Of a stretch of DNA of 64,000 bases, positions 60,116 to 64,000 are shown one piece after another. Location: the NCBI RefSeq assembly GCF_009914755.1, contig NC_060939.1; one strand, given 5' to 3'. Within the stretch, counting starts at the first letter, position 1. The number at the start of each line of letters is the position of its first letter. A program made the position numbers and the translations under genes. The DNA comes from the human T2T-CHM13v2.0 reference genome, Homo sapiens. The notes beneath the pieces were generated by a model, which saw only the letters and a list, made by a program, of their open reading frames with translations, ran no database searches and was not told the DNA's origin.

Positions 60116-60207
60116 CTGCAAAGTTAACCAGGAAAAGACAACTTTAACAACAAATATTTCAGCAACTGTCTGCAAAGCACAGAATAAAAAGAATTAAAAT
60201 CTATCAC

Positions 60208-60335
60208 CTTAATGAGCGAACATTTTGCTTGGTAGACAACTCTACAAACATCCACCACTGACTTAGGCAACGTTCTGTGCTTTACTTGCTCAATACCAAG
60301 TGCACCTGCATGAACTAAAGATAATGCCACATGAC
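60208..60335 (-). CDS. HERC2: HERC2 window exon 4/40
   Basis: (G)HVALSLVHAG...KCSLIK|gtgata; 128 nt, phase 1-0. Confidence 0.92.
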
Positions 60336-60437
60336 CTGTAAAAAGACATTTAAAAGAAGGGCAGGGATGAATATGTACCTCAGGTTAGTCGAGGAATCTG
60401 CAGTGTACCTAAAGTACACAGATATCGAGCTCCTTAC

Positions 60438-60570
60438 CTAAATCTTCATGTTTTAAGAGGCAACATAACAACAAGCGACCGACCTCTTCCACGGGATGCT
60501 CGGGGGGAAACATGATCGGTGTGGTCAAATGGCACTGCCTACAGTACCTTTCTATTTGACACAAAAAGTC
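60438..60570 (-). CDS. HERC2: HERC2 window exon 3/40
   Basis: DFLCQIERYC...KHEDL|gtaagg; 133 nt, phase 0-1. Confidence 0.92.
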
Positions 60571-60843
60571 CTGCAACAGAAACAGCTGGAAGTAACTTCA
60601 GAGCCACCCAGTGAGTCTTCACAAATCTTAAACATGCCACAGCTTCTGACGCACTTGCAATCACTAATGCTTCTGAAGCCTCGCTAGCATGTTAACACAA
60701 TCAGGTTCTCACCTCAAAACCCTCCAAATAATACATGAAACAAAGTCTGTGCTGTGTTAACCAAAGAGCACATAAGTATTCCTATGTCAAAGTCCTCAGA
60801 TAAACAGAGCACTGAGGTGGCAGTGGGGGCAGGCCTAGCTCAC

Positions 60844-61058
60844 CTTCACGTTGTGATCCTGAATGTTGTTGTCTGCAATGGCTTGCAGAAATGCCTGGGA
60901 ATGGTCCCCCAGGGCCCGTCTGTGGGAGCAGAGTCGAGATTTGCTGGCAGGTGTGCCCCCTGGGGAGCTGCAGTGGTCCTCGTCTTTCTCCTCGTTGTAG
61001 CTGTAGTGGATCTGGCTGGTCTGCAGGCCTCCAGAGAAGATGGATGACTGAAGCCATT
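60844..61058 (-). CDS. HERC2: HERC2 window exon 2/40
   Basis: (K)WLQSSIFSGG...DHNVK|gtgagc; 215 nt, phase 1-0. Confidence 0.92.
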
Positions 61059-63014
61059 CTGGAAAATGCACACGCAAACATGAAAGAGAAACTCAAGTGC
61101 ACAACTCAAAATAAATACTAAAAAAAAAAAAAGATGCTCAACTGAACACTCAATTTAGAAGGTGAAATTCAGCATCATTCATATGAAAGAGCTCCACCTA
61201 ACATGTTTACACAGGTTGACTTATAATTCCTCTATCTACGTGAACACACTTTCTGGTGATTCCACACGCCTCAGGCATGGCATCAGAACTCAGGATCGTA
61301 GTTCCAGTCCAACATTCTCTGGATACCTGTGCTCTGCCTGCAGCTGCCTGGTTCCACAGGTACCGTGTGAAGACTGAGGTGCACATTCTAACAGGGAAGG
61401 CAGCAAAGGGCACCGCTGACACAATTAATCACAGGATTTCAAGTCCGAAACTGTGCAACAGATGACTATGGGGGTACCAGGGAGACTGGAAGACAGACCA
61501 CCGCTATTCTGAGGGTCAGTGAGGGACTTGTGGAAGCAACAACTGAGCTAAGATGAGGAATAAGACCCAGACGCTGAGTATCCAGGCAGGGAACAGCACA
61601 TCTGAAGGGTTTCTACAAAGAATTACATCCTCAGGGTAGGCTGTATTCCTAGAGCACTTATAAAGGAATGAAAAGGAGAAAATATTTAAGAAACACACAA
61701 TCTGTAATGAAGGATAGATCCTTGGAGATGGGAGGGCCGATGGACTGGAAAGGAGACCTGTGCGTGGTGCAAGGCATGGGATCAACCAGTGCGAACGTTA
61801 ATTACAACTGCTTATGGCAACTTGAGGGAGTGCACCACTACAGATCTCTATTAACGATCTGTGTTATCAAATACTGCTCCAAATCCAAGCAATCAAAGCG
61901 GGATGCACTTAGTGTTCTTTTACTGGACATTTAGATTTTAGAGCACTCAGGAGCATTCCACAACCCACCACATTCGTTCTTCTGAAACACTAATCCAATG
62001 CCGACTCTCTCTGGCCCCCTCTCTTTAAGCACAGGACAGCCCCTCCTTACTGCTCCAAGATAAGCCTCTGATCCTCCTGTGGATTGGACCCACCTGCCAG
62101 GGCCCATGGCACCCTCTGCCCTGGAACTCGCCAGCCCTGCCCTCCTTGCCAATTTAAACAAAGCCCATCTTCTGGCAAGCAATGAGCCTTGAGGAGGAGG
62201 GAAGGAAGCAGATACCTCAGAGGGCACCACAGGCAGCCCAGCACCCAGCACTGCACAAAGGTCCACCCAACGGGGGGCTGTATGGACACCAAGATCCTCC
62301 TTCCCCGCAAGCCTTCTGCGACACCCACTCTCGAAAGCAGCAGGAGAGCCCTGCTCCTCTCAGCATTGCCCTTGACACTCCTGTGTTTTCTGCCCCGAAT
62401 GCTCCCTCATGCAATTTCAGGACTGCTGCCAGTGTGAAGCCTTTCTTCTCCCAAAACCACGTATGAACGTCTCCATTTCACCATTCACCACCTTGTAACA
62501 TGACCTGCTTAGAATGCTGGCTCATCAACAAGAAGCAGCTGAAAGCAGAGGCGTGTCCTACCCATCACTGCATCCTGAACACCTCGCATGGTAACTGCAC
62601 CAGGCAACTGTTCAACAGAAGCTGCTCACACGGATGGACAGACAGACAGATGGGAAATGCACAACTATATGAAAGAAAATGTAAACCCATCTTAGGAGAC
62701 AGGAAGAAACTTATTATTTTAGGTGGTTACAAAGGCTGCCATCCTGAAATATAACTGACTTGAGCCTGGTCTGGTAAAAACACAGTCCTCAAGTAGAATG
62801 CTGTTCCCTGAGAGGACAGCTGATCCACATTCTGTGCAATTTCTGGGCATGCAGGGAGACAAAAGCCATGCTGGGCCCATCAGGCAGAGGCTGCAATACG
62901 TGAGACCACCACAGGGTAGACGGGTAGAGATTCCTGCACACTTTTTAGCTTCCTCTGCAGCAACAGACCATGAGGGCAAATGACAACCACTCACAGCTGT
63001 TTCTACCTGATTGA

Positions 63015-63660
<646 letters not shown>

Positions 63661-63734
63661 TCTCCCACTCTTAATGGCACTTACAGTTCAAAAAAAATAA
63701 TCTGCTGATCAGCAAAAAGCAAAGATTTTCTTAC

Positions 63735-63885
63735 TGGCACATTCAATCTCGACAGGAGACAGCGGTGTGCTCATTGCCAAATACGAAGCGTGTAATCCGA
63801 GAAGCAGGCCCAGATTCCTCTCTGTGTCTATCAGAGGTGAAGAGAGACTCCCCAGATCTGGTATGGTGACGATTTCTTGGTCAGG
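63735..63885 (-). CDS. HERC2: HERC2 window exon 1/40 (after cyt-b5-like domain)
   Basis: cag|PDQEIVTIPDLGS...PVEIECA|gtaaga; 151 nt, phase 0-1. Confidence 0.9.
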
Positions 63886-64000
63886 CTGGAAAAATAAATT
63901 TCATCATCAATCTGAGGAAACAGAATTAATTAAAAACATAAAACCAAAAGGACAGCTCTCTCCTGCAGCTGTAACCGCACGTGAGCCCAGGGGTGCTCTG

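Overview
Primate (almost certainly human, 15q13.1) genomic DNA lying entirely inside the HERC2 gene, which is on the minus strand. I mapped 40 consecutive internal coding exons by hand (63885 down to 893). All have GT-AG boundaries and consistent phases, and they join into one stop-free frame of 6205 nt (~2068 codons). The encoded region runs from just after the cytochrome-b5-like domain through MIB/HERC2, UBA-like, CPH, SH3-like, ZZ, DOC/APC10 and the complete second RCC1-like domain (RLD2). From memory these are roughly RefSeq exons 26-65; that numbering is not verified. Introns hold ~30 Alus, L1/L2 relics, Tigger3, MER2, MER58, MaLR and MER21-group LTRs. There are no rRNA/tRNA genes, CRISPR arrays or independent genes. 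The most unusual items are: (1) a 260-bp HERV-K(HML-2)/LTR5_Hs mini-insertion made only of U5/PBS sequence, folded into a perfect 86-bp inverted repeat, with TG...CA ends and a 6-bp target-site duplication; (2) three intronic tandem arrays that each reiterate a splice signal of the adjacent exon (donor, branch point, acceptor); (3) two cases of nearby inverted Alus sharing non-consensus variants, including a pair of Alu trimers; (4) a Tudor/KOW-like module in one symmetric exon; (5) an Alu-flanked 576-nt three-exon block that would give a stop-free circRNA. Repeat family names come from recalled consensus sequences, and repeat boundaries are approximate.
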